DNA from: a bacterium
Lineage (GTDB): Bacteria; Patescibacteriota; Minisyncoccia; Phycocordibacterales; UBA5272
DNA: 64,000 nt
NCBI GenBank assembly: GCA_023267535.1
Contig: JAHFNC010000003.1
Location: 380-64,379, forward strand
Direction: 5' to 3'
Below are positions 9,827 to 20,410 of this stretch, piece after piece (the first letter of the stretch is position 1; every line of letters starts with the position of its first letter). The notes beneath the pieces were generated by a model. It was not told where the DNA came from and did no database searches. It was given only the letters and a program-made list of their open reading frames with translations. A program made the translations under genes and the position numbers.

Positions 9827-12800
9827 TTAGTTCTTCAAGCTGTAACCTTGAACTGGGTAATTTTGTATACCTGTTCCTGTTAAACTTGTACCTGTTACAA
9901 CGTCCACCCACTTGAATGCGGATAGAGTTGGATCAAGCTGTGTAGTCAACTGTGTAGTTCCTACAGCACCGAATGATCCTCCAATTGTTGCCCAAATCTG
10001 GAAGGTCTTTGATGAACCAGCTGAGATTTGGTAAGGAGTTGTGAATCCAATTTGGAATGCTGTTCCAGATAGTGGAAGAGCAATTGTGTTTGAATTCGCA
10101 ATCGCTGTAGCCCCGTTGTCATCAGATAGCTTAACGTTTGTAACGTTAAGTGATCCACCTGTTGATGTTGAGAATACGATTGATGTTGTTGCTACTTGTA
10201 TAGCACCATTTGCATCAGCTGCGACTGTAAATGTTCCAATATTAACTGAACCAGCTGAAAGGGTACCATTTCCTGATGAGAAAGTGATAGTTGGCTTTGA
10301 AGCGTATAGGAACATTGCATTAGAACCAACGTTCGCTAGGTTAGTAATATTAGCACCATTTCCTGATTGTCCTTCAACATCAGCTAGAGCAATACCAGTT
10401 GTTGTACCAGTTGTCATTGAACCACCTGAAGTTGAATTCTTAAATCCTGAATATTGTACTGTTACAGGAACATCTGTACCAGTTGTTGAAACTGGAATTG
10501 ATAGACCTGTCATAGTAACTGAATTGTTAACAACTGCAAAAGTCTTACCTGTGACAGTCATAGAAACGATAGCATCAGTACCAGTAGCTGAAATAATCAG
10601 CTTGGTGATTGTTGCATCTCCTGATGATGTCTTGATCTTGAATGTTGCAATGTTTTGTGACGAACCACCAATTACGAATTGTGATACTGGTGAGTTTGAC
10701 ACAAGTGTTGATGATGCCAATACAGCTTGTATTGGTGACATAGCAACACCTGCAGATGATAATCCTGAAGAGATACGGCTAACTGCTCCACGAGCTGTTA
10801 TACCCATATCTGCTTGTACTGTTCCTGTAGCAGAACCTAGATCAGCAAAGACATCAAATATCTGTGTTGAGTTCATAGGGATTCTGATATCAGAGAATGA
10901 GAATGTTGATGATCCTGATGATGGAGCAATTCCAACTGGAGTTCCTAGTGCAACCCCACCTGTCTTTAGAATAATGTTACCTATATTGTTATAAGTCATT
11001 ATTGGGCTTCCACCGAAGACCAAGTTAACATTCGCACTGTTTACAAGAACATCTTCAGATGAACCTGCTTGTACTGTGAAAGATCCAATCTTTACGCCAG
11101 GTGTGTTTGGAGCAACATTTTGTGCTACGAAACCTGATGTACGAGAGAATGATCCAGCCCCAGTTCCAATTGTAAGAGCTGAGTCAGATACAGCCGATTG
11201 TGCGACTGATACAAGTTGATTTGAAGTTACACCTTGTGCATTACTTGCTACCCCTCCGATTGATGCAGTAACTGTTCCAGCTGTATAAGCGACAGTGTTT
11301 GTTGCATTCAATATGTCGGCCTTAACTGTAAGAGTTACAGTTTGACCTGCAGGGATAATCAATGATGAACCAAGTGTGAAGTTAAGCGCTGAACCTGTGA
11401 AGTTTACTGATGTTCCAATCTGTCCTCCATTTAAGAATAGAGAAACATTTGAAAGACCTCCAGAGTAAGGAGCAACTGAACCTCCGATTACAGGAGTAAC
11501 TTGAAGTGTATTAACTTTTACATCTTCACCATATCCCTTAAGTGTGAATTGAGCGATAGGCATGTTTGTAGCACCACCTGTAATTGTTGTTGGGTTAAAT
11601 GCAGGGTCTGTAACTACTGTTACTGAACCTGAGTTAACTCCGATTGTTCCAAACTTTGAATTACTTACTGTTAATGTTGCAGAGTTTACAGTAGGAGTAA
11701 GATTAACACCTGCTAGGTTTGAATCCTCGAGCATAAGATCTGCTGGATTTTCAATAGCAAAGTAGAAGTTATAACTTGAACCCTTAATAATATCTCCACG
11801 AACATCAATTGTGTGTGAACCACTTGTTAGAACAAATGGTGTTGCACCAAGATCAAAAGTAATCTTGTTGTTGTTTGCAGCATTAACTGTTGCAGGACCA
11901 GCAACCTTAGTACCATCTACATATAGAGAGATGTTTTGTACTGAATCTACAGGAGCTGAACCTACATACTTAAATGTAGCTGCTCTTAATAGAGTGTTGC
12001 GAGTACCAATTGAAATTGAATCTGTCCAAACGTTGTAGTTTGTAGTTCCAGCATCAACTGTCTTAGCTGTTTGATCTAGAGCACCTAGGTTAGCTGTAGC
12101 GATTGCTACACCAGAAACTGTTAAGTAGTTTCCAACTACATTTGTATATGTAGATTGTGTTCCACCAAGTGCAGTTACTGTATTTAGCTTAACGCCAATA
12201 GCTTGACCAGCTGTTCCAGCTGCGACATCAGCACGTACTGTAATTGTTCTTGATCCATTAACTACGAACAATCCCATAGGAGCTGTGAAATTTATGAATC
12301 CACCTGTTACAACAGAAGCAGAATCTGTGATTCTTGTGTTTCCGTCATATAGGTAAACATTTGTAAGTGATGAGTCTGACGACACACCAGTTCTTTGTAG
12401 TTGAACTTGTGTAACTGTTCCACTACCTGAGAAGACGATGTTAGCCATGATTGCACCTGACTGACCAGCAACAATCATACCTGATGGTTGTGATGATGCT
12501 AGAGCAGCAGTGACTGGACCTGTAACTACTGGAGTTCCAGGATTTCCAGGTGTACCTGTAGTAGTTGTATTACCACCTGTACAAATTTGATTAAGAAGGC
12601 CACGAGTTCCTGCGAACACGTTTCCTGTTGGAGCAGAAATTCCTAGCTCAGCTAATTGAAGAGCTTGGAACTTATTAACTGCTGCGCGTGTTGCTGGACC
12701 AAAAGTTGTGGTTTCCAATCCTGGAGAACCAGCTCCTGAGTTAGCTACACGAGTTTGTGAGTAGGCATTAAGAACCACTTGAAGGTTCTTAACATCTGCT

Positions 12801-12949
12801 CCACGAGAACCTTGCTTCATATTTGTGTTGAACACATATGAGCAGTTCTGTGTTGGAAGGTTGAGAGCAGCTGATGCAGTAAGTGCACCTGCTATCGCAC
12901 CTCCGACGACTGTAGCAATTGCTACGGTCTTCATTGAGAATTTAGACAT
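9827..12949 (-). CDS. giant secreted surface protein (1040 aa) with an N-terminal Cys-bounded PG_binding_1-like domain and Thr/Ser/Gly/Val-rich beta-repeat region
   Basis: Signal peptide, then C…DVKNLQVVLNAY…FQALQ…C (peptidoglycan-binding-like), followed by ~900 aa of low-complexity beta-strand-like repeats. Confidence 0.65.
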   Translation of the reverse strand: MSKFSMKTVAIATVVGGAIAGALTASAALNLPTQNCSYVFNTNMKQGSRGADVKNLQVVLNAYSQTRVANSGAGSPGLETTTFGPATRAAVNKFQALQLAELGISAPTGNVFAGTRGLLNQICTGGNTTTTGTPGNPGTPVVTGPVTAALASSQPSGMIVAGQSGAIMANIVFSGSGTVTQVQLQRTGVSSDSSLTNVYLYDGNTRITDSASVVTGGFINFTAPMGLFVVNGSRTITVRADVAAGTAGQAIGVKLNTVTALGGTQSTYTNVVGNYLTVSGVAIATANLGALDQTAKTVDAGTTNYNVWTDSISIGTRNTLLRAATFKYVGSAPVDSVQNISLYVDGTKVAGPATVNAANNNKITFDLGATPFVLTSGSHTIDVRGDIIKGSSYNFYFAIENPADLMLEDSNLAGVNLTPTVNSATLTVSNSKFGTIGVNSGSVTVVTDPAFNPTTITGGATNMPIAQFTLKGYGEDVKVNTLQVTPVIGGSVAPYSGGLSNVSLFLNGGQIGTSVNFTGSALNFTLGSSLIIPAGQTVTLTVKADILNATNTVAYTAGTVTASIGGVASNAQGVTSNQLVSVAQSAVSDSALTIGTGAGSFSRTSGFVAQNVAPNTPGVKIGSFTVQAGSSEDVLVNSANVNLVFGGSPIMTYNNIGNIILKTGGVALGTPVGIAPSSGSSTFSFSDIRIPMNSTQIFDVFADLGSATGTVQADMGITARGAVSRISSGLSSAGVAMSPIQAVLASSTLVSNSPVSQFVIGGSSQNIATFKIKTSSGDATITKLIISATGTDAIVSMTVTGKTFAVVNNSVTMTGLSIPVSTTGTDVPVTVQYSGFKNSTSGGSMTTGTTTGIALADVEGQSGNGANITNLANVGSNAMFLYASKPTITFSSGNGTLSAGSVNIGTFTVAADANGAIQVATTSIVFSTSTGGSLNVTNVKLSDDNGATAIANSNTIALPLSGTAFQIGFTTPYQISAGSSKTFQIWATIGGSFGAVGTTQLTTQLDPTLSAFKWVDVVTGTSLTGTGIQNYPVQGYSLKN

Positions 12950-13390
12950 AACTTAGTAATTTTATAAGATTTAATTAATGGTTATTTTTATTAATAAAAA
13001 ACCATCGCAATGTATTTATATTAGTTTCGACATAACTAAATACACTACTATCTGACAGACGATCAAAGTTGACCGAATGTGATTTCGATTAAAACAATCT
13101 GCGTCACTATTCTATTGTCAACGATCTAACTGTCCTTGAAGATACCTTCTTATAAATGTATCTCAAATACCAGAGGACGCTCTCAAACAGAGACGTCTAC
13201 AGATAGTATATTTATAGTTCCAAATAATTGCAACAAAAAAGTTGCAAAATATGTGGATAATACTATCTGAAGTACATTTCAGTACTTGCGAATATCCTAT
13301 CATAAAATGAAATAATCAGCAATATAACAAGGTGGCGACAACAGCCTTTAGTCGGTAGCTTTTAGCTTGTAGCAAAAACAGAAAAACCAG

Positions 13391-13420
13391 TAACTTTGTT
13401 ACTGGTTTTTCTGTGTGACT
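13391..13420. terminator. intrinsic terminator (aaaaaccagtaactttgttactggtttttc)
   Basis: Perfect hairpin with a T-run, downstream of the 13460..14344 gene. Confidence 0.6.
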
Positions 13421-13459
13421 ATAGTTATTAGCTACTGGCCACATACCGTTTACCAAAAG

Positions 13460-14344
13460 CTATTTTAGTACGTATCTGCTCCATCTCTTCTCCCCTATTC
13501 TTTCTATCTTTTTATCGTAAAGGAGGGCGTTTAGTTCTCTTTGTATTGTTTTTTCACTACAACCCTTAATTCTTGAGGAAATGTCTTTTATTCCAATATC
13601 AACTCCTTTCACAAAAAGACCAAGTATTTGTTCCCTTCTTCCAATTTTTCTCATTTGGAAAGAAGTTGAGAAAGGTAAACTTATTTTTGAGTTTATATTG
13701 TAGTTTTCAGTATTAATATTTGTTAAATTGTCCTTTTCTTTGGCAGACTCTTTCTCTTGTAAATTTTGTCCTTTATTTAAATCTTCTTTATTTTTTCTTT
13801 CTATTTGATTCTTAATTATACTGACACCATTTTCTCTATGTGGAAAACTTTTTTCATTTTCATAATCTGATCTTCTGGCAATAGACAGCGGTGTAATAAC
13901 ATCATATGAGGTAGAGACTACCGCTTGAGATAATTGTTGCCCGTTATATAAATCTTCTTCGGAATCAACTGTTAACATATCTTTTGTTAAAATCGGTTGT
14001 TTCTTTTCAAGGACAAGTTGTAGTGATCTGAAGCCATCAAGCAAAATATTCCCATTCATATCAGAGACAATTCCTGAAGTAACGGCGACATGTAGCAAAG
14101 ATAAAATTTCGGTAACTGATTTGAGTGACATCTTAAACTCAGCAACTCTGTCTTTTACTTCTGGTTGTGCCAATGAGTTCATCGAGGACAATAAAGTTAC
14201 GGCATTCTTTCTTAAAAACTGTTTTATGGGTTCAGAGTCAGTAATCAAATCGGTCACCAAATAAAGAGCTGTAACCAGTCTTTCTGATTTCTTAGCTATC
14301 AAAATTCCGTATTCTTTCTTTTTGTCTTCAATATTTTGTATCAT
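13460..14344 (-). CDS. hypothetical protein with a C-terminal winged-HTH-like segment (294 aa)
   Basis: The C-terminal ~55 aa (…SEKTIQRELNALLYDKKIERIGEKRWSRYVL) have a wHTH pattern. Confidence 0.35.
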   Translation of the reverse strand: MIQNIEDKKKEYGILIAKKSERLVTALYLVTDLITDSEPIKQFLRKNAVTLLSSMNSLAQPEVKDRVAEFKMSLKSVTEILSLLHVAVTSGIVSDMNGNILLDGFRSLQLVLEKKQPILTKDMLTVDSEEDLYNGQQLSQAVVSTSYDVITPLSIARRSDYENEKSFPHRENGVSIIKNQIERKNKEDLNKGQNLQEKESAKEKDNLTNINTENYNINSKISLPFSTSFQMRKIGRREQILGLFVKGVDIGIKDISSRIKGCSEKTIQRELNALLYDKKIERIGEKRWSRYVLK

Positions 14345-14536
14345 ATTGTCCTTTGTTTGTCTTTTATTATTAAAGACTTTTTATTAATTTTGTCGTTTAT
14401 TTAGATAACTTTTGTCTTTTAATCTGACGGGCTCTTACCGTCACTTCCATGCTGTCCATTTTATGCCTTTTAAATAAAATGTCAAAATTGATTTTTTGTC
14501 TTTTCGTTGCCTTTTATATATAGAATAGTTTTTTAA

Positions 14537-14573
14537 TTTCTTTTATATAAAAAATATAAAAGAAATTAAATAG
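14537..14573. promoter_or_regulatory. perfect 15-bp AT-only inverted repeat (aatttcttttatata-aaaaa-tatataaaagaaatt), candidate operator in the divergent promoter region
   Basis: Seen directly in the sequence. It lies between the 13460..14344 (-) gene and ftsK (+). Confidence 0.4.
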
Positions 14574-14664
14574 GAAAAAGATTTCTGTAAACTATAAAAT
14601 ACAATCAATCCTGTTATCCCCTTAAAATAAAAGGTTTTTTCTGTTAAAATGTAAGCATTAAATT

Positions 14665-16959
14665 ATGGCAAAAGAAGATTTCGATAATAAAGTTATTTCC
14701 ACTACAGGAAGAGGGCGAAAAAGAAAGGTGCGTGATCCTGTTATGACAGAAACGGTGCTTGGAGTGATTTCTGTTCTTATGGTGATGATTGGTGTACTTT
14801 TATTTTTCAGTATTATAGGCTCTGGCGGTATTGGTGGACAAAACTTATTTGATGGTATTAAAAACCTAATAGGTGTATTCGTATATCTAACCCCTATACT
14901 ATGTTTTTTTATTGCGTACTATTTATGGAAAGAAGAGCTACCTGAAGTTGGATTTTTATCTTCGCTTGGATTCGTTTTGATGTTCTTGGGAGTTGATGGG
15001 TTTGGATCTATAGTAAGCAATAATTTCGGTGGAATGCTCGGAAGTTTTATCACTAGAGGACTTATAAGTAACTTTGCAGAATATCCTAGTATCTTTTTAT
15101 TTGCTGGTATTGCTTTAATTGGAGTAATAATTGTCATAAACAGAAAGCCAGAAATAAAACCCCTGCTGTCCGTCATCGCTTACCCATTTCTTAAAATTAG
15201 AGATTTTATAAATAAAAGAAAAAATTATTCTCTTGATGATGTTATAGAAGAAGTTGAGGAAGTAGAAGAAAAAGTTGAAGAAGAAATAAAAGAAGACATT
15301 GGAGAAATTGTTGATGAAGAAGAAAATATTAGAAAAGGAATTCTCTCTTCTTTTGCTGACATAGAGCCAGTAAAAAAAGTTGAGGAAAAAGTAAGACCAA
15401 TAATTCTAACTCCCGAATTTGTTCCTCCACCTATGGACCTTCTAAATTACGATACCGGAAAGTCTGGTGCTGGGGACAGTAAAGCCAAGATGACAACTAT
15501 TCAAAAGACAATGGAACATTTCCGTATCAATGTTGAAATGGGAGAAGTTACTGTCGGACCAACTGTTACTCAATTCACATTGAAGCCAGCTCAGGGTGTA
15601 AACCTTTCAAAGATTGTAGCTCTTCACGATAACCTAGCTATGGAACTAGGAGCAGAATATTTGCGTATTGAAGCTCCAATCCCAGGAAAGACTTTGGTTG
15701 GTATCGAAATACCAAACGAAAGAAAAGCTACTCTTGGACTTCGTTCCATGCTTGAACTTGATGAATTTAAAAATAACGGAGCGCTATCTTTGGCTATCGG
15801 TAAAAGTATTGTTGGTAAACCAATATTTGCTGACTTGGAAAAAATGCCTCACCTTTTAATTGCTGGAGCAACTAGAACTGGTAAATCAGTCACTCTTCAA
15901 AACTTAATGATTTCTCTTCTTTATAAAAATTCTCCTTATGATTTGAAATTAATTATCCTAGACCCAAAGAGAGTGGAATTTACTGCCTACAACAATCTGC
16001 CACACCTGTATACACCTATCATCAAAGAGCCAAAAGGTGCCATTAAAGCGCTTAACTGGGCGATACAGGAAATGGAGCGAAGGTACGAAGTTTTGGCTGA
16101 ATACGGACAATTGAACGTCGGTGAATACAACAAGAAAATATTGGCTCCGGCACTTGAAAAGGCAAGAAGAAAAGGTCAGATTGGAGACTCTGTAACCGGA
16201 CTTCCACCAAAGATGCCGTACGTGGTTATTGTTTTTGATGAATACAATGACTTTATGCTTTCTTATCCAAAAGAAATCTCTCCTCTTATCACCGCTTTAT
16301 CACAAAAGGGTCGCGCTGCTGGCATGCACTTAATCTTGGCCACTCAACGTCCTGATGTGAAAGTTATTACTGGAACAATTAAAGCAAACATACCAGCCAG
16401 AATTGCTCTTAAAACAACTTCCCAAATTGACTCTCGCACAATTCTTGATTCATCTGGTGCTGAAGATCTTCTTGGAAATGGAGACATGCTTTACATGGCA
16501 TCGGATAACCCTCGCCTTGTCCGTCTTCAGGCACCGTTTGTAACCATGGAAGAAATAAGAGGTGTTATAAATTACATCAAGCAACAAAATCTTGATTTCA
16601 TTCCTGACTTGATAGATATAGCTAAAATAAAAGTAGGAACTTCATCTGGAAATATTACAGATGACAGTGGTAACGGTGGAAGAGAACCGGAAGACGACGA
16701 AGACTACATGAGTGCCAAGGATTATGTTATTTCAACTGGCAAAGCCTCAACTTCATCTTTACAGACTGCTTTCCGTTGGGGATATAATAAAGCTGCTAGA
16801 ATAATGAATGACCTAGAACAATTCCAAGTTATAGGACCATCAAGGCAAGGAGAAAGGTTTAGAGAAATATTGTCAGGCGGAAACGATACTTCAACCTCAG
16901 ATATTGGTATATTAGAAGTTGAAGGAAAAGATAAAAGTGTTGACGAATTATTCAGATAA
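14665..16959 (+). CDS. ftsK: DNA translocase FtsK/SpoIIIE
   Basis: N-terminal TM helices, an acidic linker, then the FtsK motor (GATRTGKSV Walker A, …QRPDV…, gamma domain). Confidence 0.9.
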   Translation: MAKEDFDNKVISTTGRGRKRKVRDPVMTETVLGVISVLMVMIGVLLFFSIIGSGGIGGQNLFDGIKNLIGVFVYLTPILCFFIAYYLWKEELPEVGFLSSLGFVLMFLGVDGFGSIVSNNFGGMLGSFITRGLISNFAEYPSIFLFAGIALIGVIIVINRKPEIKPLLSVIAYPFLKIRDFINKRKNYSLDDVIEEVEEVEEKVEEEIKEDIGEIVDEEENIRKGILSSFADIEPVKKVEEKVRPIILTPEFVPPPMDLLNYDTGKSGAGDSKAKMTTIQKTMEHFRINVEMGEVTVGPTVTQFTLKPAQGVNLSKIVALHDNLAMELGAEYLRIEAPIPGKTLVGIEIPNERKATLGLRSMLELDEFKNNGALSLAIGKSIVGKPIFADLEKMPHLLIAGATRTGKSVTLQNLMISLLYKNSPYDLKLIILDPKRVEFTAYNNLPHLYTPIIKEPKGAIKALNWAIQEMERRYEVLAEYGQLNVGEYNKKILAPALEKARRKGQIGDSVTGLPPKMPYVVIVFDEYNDFMLSYPKEISPLITALSQKGRAAGMHLILATQRPDVKVITGTIKANIPARIALKTTSQIDSRTILDSSGAEDLLGNGDMLYMASDNPRLVRLQAPFVTMEEIRGVINYIKQQNLDFIPDLIDIAKIKVGTSSGNITDDSGNGGREPEDDEDYMSAKDYVISTGKASTSSLQTAFRWGYNKAARIMNDLEQFQVIGPSRQGERFREILSGGNDTSTSDIGILEVEGKDKSVDELFR

Positions 16960-16980
16960 TAGCTACCATAAAATACCATA

Positions 16981-17337
16981 ATGATAAAAGCTCCAGACTT
17001 CAGAAGAACTCTCCAGATAACCCTATTTTCTATCCTAATAATTATGGCTTTAGCTTATGGAGCTTTTCGTATTTATCCCCTACTCTCTGGAGTTCAAGTT
17101 ATAATCTATACTCCAAAAGATTTTGAGGAAGTGTCTACCAGTACCTTTGTCATTTCAGGAAAAGCGTTAAGAGCAAACGAAATAGAAATTCAAGGACGAC
17201 CTATACTAATTGATAAAAACGGGAACTTCAGTGAAACTTTGGTTAGTCTCTATCCTTATACTATAATTACAGTAGAAGCCACTGACAAATATGGTGGCAA
17301 AGTTTCCAAAATATTAAAAGTTATACCTAAAAAATAA
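16981..17337 (+). CDS. small single-pass membrane protein (118 aa)
   Basis: N-terminal TM segment followed by a beta-rich domain. Confidence 0.45.
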   Translation: MIKAPDFRRTLQITLFSILIIMALAYGAFRIYPLLSGVQVIIYTPKDFEEVSTSTFVISGKALRANEIEIQGRPILIDKNGNFSETLVSLYPYTIITVEATDKYGGKVSKILKVIPKK

Positions 17338-17340
17338 TCT

Positions 17341-18429
17341 ATGATGAAAAAGAAAGTGGCCAAGCCACCAAAGATAGTTGGCGCAAAAAGCGAAATCAAA
17401 GACAATAAAGTAAATTCTGATGTCTTACTAAAAGAAATACAAAATAAATTCGGCGAAGGCGCAATGATGAAATTGGGCGATGCTGCCAAAGTAAATGTTG
17501 ACGTCATCCCTACTGGCTCAATTGGTCTTGATTACGCACTCGGTGTCGGAGGATTACCCCGTGGAAGAATTGTTGAAATATACGGACCAGAGTCATCAGG
17601 AAAAACAACTCTCACCTTGCACGTGATTGCTGAGGCCCAAAAAGCTGGCGGACTTTGTGCTTTCATTGACGCTGAACATGCCATGGATCCAGAATACGCC
17701 AAGAAGCTTGGTGTAAAGGTAAATGAACTTTTAATATCACAACCTGATAATGGTGAACAAGCTTTGGAAATTGCTGAGTCAATTGTTAGAAGCGGAAGAG
17801 TAGACGCGCTTGTTATTGATTCTGTGGCTGCCTTAACTCCACGTGATGAAATTGAAGGTGATATGGGGGCTCAACATGTTGGTAAGCAAGCAAGATTAAT
17901 GTCACAAGCCCTTCGTAAGTTAACTGCCATTGCTCACAAATCAAAAACTGTAATTATTTTTATTAATCAAATCAGAATGCAAATTGGTGTTATGTTTGGA
18001 AACCCAGAAACTACCCCAGGAGGAAAGGCACTTAAGTTTTACTCCTCTGTTCGTATCGATATCAGAAAAATTGCTCAAATCAAAAAAGGAGACGACGTAG
18101 TTGGAGCTAGAACCAAAGTAAAAATTGTAAAAAATAAAGTAGCCGCTCCATTTAAATCAACTGAGTTTGATATTATGTATAACGAAGGAATTTCCAGAGA
18201 AGGAGAACTGCTAGCTCTCGGTGAGAAATTTAAATTAGTCACAAAATCAGGGACATCATATTCATATGGTGAAGAAAAATTAGGTCGTGGTTATGATGCT
18301 TCACGAACATTCTTGCGAGAAAATTCAAAAATTGCTAATCGTTTAGAAAAAGAAATTCGTAAACAATTAGAGGCAGGAGGATTGTCGTACGCAGGAAAGG
18401 AAGAAGACGAAGAAGCTCCGACTGAGTAG
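17341..18429 (+). CDS. recA: recombinase RecA
   Basis: [17 protein letters not shown] Walker A, L1/L2 loops, and an acidic C-terminal tail. Confidence 0.97.
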   Translation: MMKKKVAKPPKIVGAKSEIKDNKVNSDVLLKEIQNKFGEGAMMKLGDAAKVNVDVIPTGSIGLDYALGVGGLPRGRIVEIYGPESSGKTTLTLHVIAEAQKAGGLCAFIDAEHAMDPEYAKKLGVKVNELLISQPDNGEQALEIAESIVRSGRVDALVIDSVAALTPRDEIEGDMGAQHVGKQARLMSQALRKLTAIAHKSKTVIIFINQIRMQIGVMFGNPETTPGGKALKFYSSVRIDIRKIAQIKKGDDVVGARTKVKIVKNKVAAPFKSTEFDIMYNEGISREGELLALGEKFKLVTKSGTSYSYGEEKLGRGYDASRTFLRENSKIANRLEKEIRKQLEAGGLSYAGKEEDEEAPTE

Positions 18430-18452
18430 GTGTTTAGTTTGTAGTTAATAAA

Positions 18453-18482
18453 AAAGCGACACCTTCGGTGTCGCTTTTATGT
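18453..18482. terminator. bidirectional terminator (aaaaagcgacaccttcggtgtcgctttt) between convergent recA and the 18483..19154 gene
   Basis: A variant of the GCGAC…GTCGC hairpin family. Confidence 0.7.
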
Positions 18483-19154
18483 TTATGTGTTAGCGTATCT
18501 TCTCATTATTTTATCTGCCACCCAAAGAGCAAGGTGCGTCGGACTCAACGCGTCACGCAAATTATTACTATTCCATTTTTCAGGCAAGAAATATTGAAGG
18601 TTCCTTTTTATAACATCGATTCCAGGGAACCTTTCGTCGTAACCAACAAGAATTGAACCCGTTGAGTGTTTGAAATTAGCAATTGATGTATAACGCGCAA
18701 TCTCACCATAAGTGTCACGCGCGTATGGATTACCGTCACTCCGAGGATTATCTTTACTCTCTGGGAATAATCCAAAAACAATAAATCCGTTCTCGTAACA
18801 AACAATTTCCTTGAGGTGACTTATTTCCCACACTGTCTGACTATCAGTGAATTTATCTCCAGTGCGACTGATTTCAAAAACCTCTGGAAAATTAGTTGCG
18901 AATTTATGATCTTTATCCCAACGACAAGGAATAATCACTTTTAATCTGGGCAACATCTTCTCGCGAAATGATGCTGTCCAAGCTGTTTGAGAACACAAGA
19001 TGTGAAAAAATTCTTCCTGCCAATCTCCGCCACCTAAAACTGGACCAGCAAGAAAAATTAATACATCGTCAGGCTTCCTTGGAAAATAGTAGTAGGCTGG
19101 CACAATTATTGGATATTTCATAATGACTTCCTTTTTTGTGATTGTAAATAACAT
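18483..19154 (-). CDS. hypothetical protein (223 aa), possibly a flavodoxin-fold / nucleoside 2-deoxyribosyltransferase-like enzyme
   Basis: Weak IFLAGP..GGDW motif; no firm assignment. Confidence 0.3.
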   Translation of the reverse strand: MLFTITKKEVIMKYPIIVPAYYYFPRKPDDVLIFLAGPVLGGGDWQEEFFHILCSQTAWTASFREKMLPRLKVIIPCRWDKDHKFATNFPEVFEISRTGDKFTDSQTVWEISHLKEIVCYENGFIVFGLFPESKDNPRSDGNPYARDTYGEIARYTSIANFKHSTGSILVGYDERFPGIDVIKRNLQYFLPEKWNSNNLRDALSPTHLALWVADKIMRRYANT

Positions 19155-19509
19155 CTAAAACAAACCTACCACAAAAAACAAAAATTGAAAAACAGCTACT
19201 TTTCGTAGCTGTTTTTGTTCCTCAGATAGAGGTCATAGAAAATATTGTAGGCCCACCACGCCGGTGACATGGCCAGAGAAAAAAGAACCAGTGATTTGTT
19301 TAATTCCGCAATCTGTTCGGAAAAATTGTCCATTTTGTTCCCTTCCTTTATGTGATTTGATTACTTATATAAGTGTCTAACTATTTAGAACCTTTGTCAA
19401 ACAACAGCCTTTGATTTTCCTCTTATTTTTTGGTATGATAATCCACATATTGTGGTTATTTCCACAAGCTATTAATCAATAATAATTCCCGCCAAAGGCG
19501 GGTCTGCCT

Positions 19510-20115
19510 ATGGCAGAAACATATAAATTTATGGCAACACTAGATTACGATGAAATAAAACCCCGCAAATATATTCTTGTAAACGGAGAACCGTTTGAAA
19601 TTTTAGAGTCTCATGTGGCTCGTACCCAAAAAAGAAAACCTCAAAATCAAGTAAGAATGAGAAGTGCGATTAGTGGCAAGGTTATTCCAAACACATTCCA
19701 CGCTTCCGACACCGCCGAAGAAGCTGATATTTCAAGAAGCGAAGCGAAATTCCTTTTTGCCAACAAAGGTGAGTTTTGGTTTTGTGACCCAAACGACCCA
19801 AGCAAGAGATTTGAAATCTTAGAAGATATTATTGGTGATCAATCAAGATTTTTAAAGCCAAACACATTGGTTGATACAAAAATATTTGAATATGAAGATG
19901 AGCAAAGAATAATTGGTGTTACTCTCCCAATAAAAATGACTTTCAAAGTTAAAGAAGCTCCTCCTGCCATAAAAGGAAATACGGCATCTGGTGGTGGAAA
20001 GTTGGTTACTCTTGAAACTGGAGCGCAAATCACAACTCCACTATTTATTGAGGAAGGAGAAGAAATTGTAGTTAATACCGACACCGGTGAGTACGTTGAG
20101 CGCCTAAAAAAGTAA
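19510..20115 (+). CDS. efp: elongation factor P
   Basis: The C-terminus aligns to EF-P (…KGNTASGGGKLVTLETGAQITTPLFIEEGEEIVVNTDTGEYVERL). The N-terminal KOW-like domain has an enlarged loop (VARTQKRKPQNQVR). Confidence 0.85.
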   Translation: MAETYKFMATLDYDEIKPRKYILVNGEPFEILESHVARTQKRKPQNQVRMRSAISGKVIPNTFHASDTAEEADISRSEAKFLFANKGEFWFCDPNDPSKRFEILEDIIGDQSRFLKPNTLVDTKIFEYEDEQRIIGVTLPIKMTFKVKEAPPAIKGNTASGGGKLVTLETGAQITTPLFIEEGEEIVVNTDTGEYVERLKK

Positions 20116-20135
20116 TTAATAATCAAAAAAAATTA

Positions 20136-20226
20136 TTTCATCTACTTCGTTACGGAGCCTCTCTCACTCGTCAATGTAGCATCTAACTACATTTCCTCAC
20201 TCGTTTCTCCGTGCCTCGTATCTAAA
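20136..20226 (+). ncRNA. dispersed 3'-UTR element, copy C' (plus sense, directly after efp)
   Basis: Matches the element consensus in plus sense: UUCAUCUACUUCGUUACGGAG…GUCAAUGUAG-CAUCUAA-CUACAUU…CUCCGUGCCUCGUAUCUAA. It begins about 20 nt after the efp stop. Confidence 0.55.
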
Positions 20227-20293
20227 ACAATTTTTTGATTATTTTGTTTTGATTATTTTGTTTCGAGAATGTAAATTTAGTTTAAAATTATTT

Positions 20294-20403
20294 CAGATAC
20301 GCGAAGCAACGAATTTTTGGAAGAAGGCGTAGAAAACTACGACGACTGACGAAAATGAAGTTGCGACCTGTCTGCCGTCAGGCAGGCAAAGTAGATGAGA
20401 TGA
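20294..20403 (-). ncRNA. dispersed 3'-UTR element, copy C (directly after the stop of the 904-aa ATPase gene)
   Basis: Consensus match with an extra GC hairpin insertion. It is tail-to-tail with copy C'. Confidence 0.55.
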
Positions 20404-20410
20404 TTTTAAA

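Noticed and set aside
10041-10994. 317-aa plus-strand ORF, and many other 60-130-aa antisense ORFs inside the giant genes
   Set aside because: These are shadow ORFs running opposite to long Thr/Ser/Gly/Val-rich coding regions. They have biased low-complexity translations and no start context. Identical pairs such as 26057..26287 and 26861..27091 simply mirror the intragenic DNA duplication.
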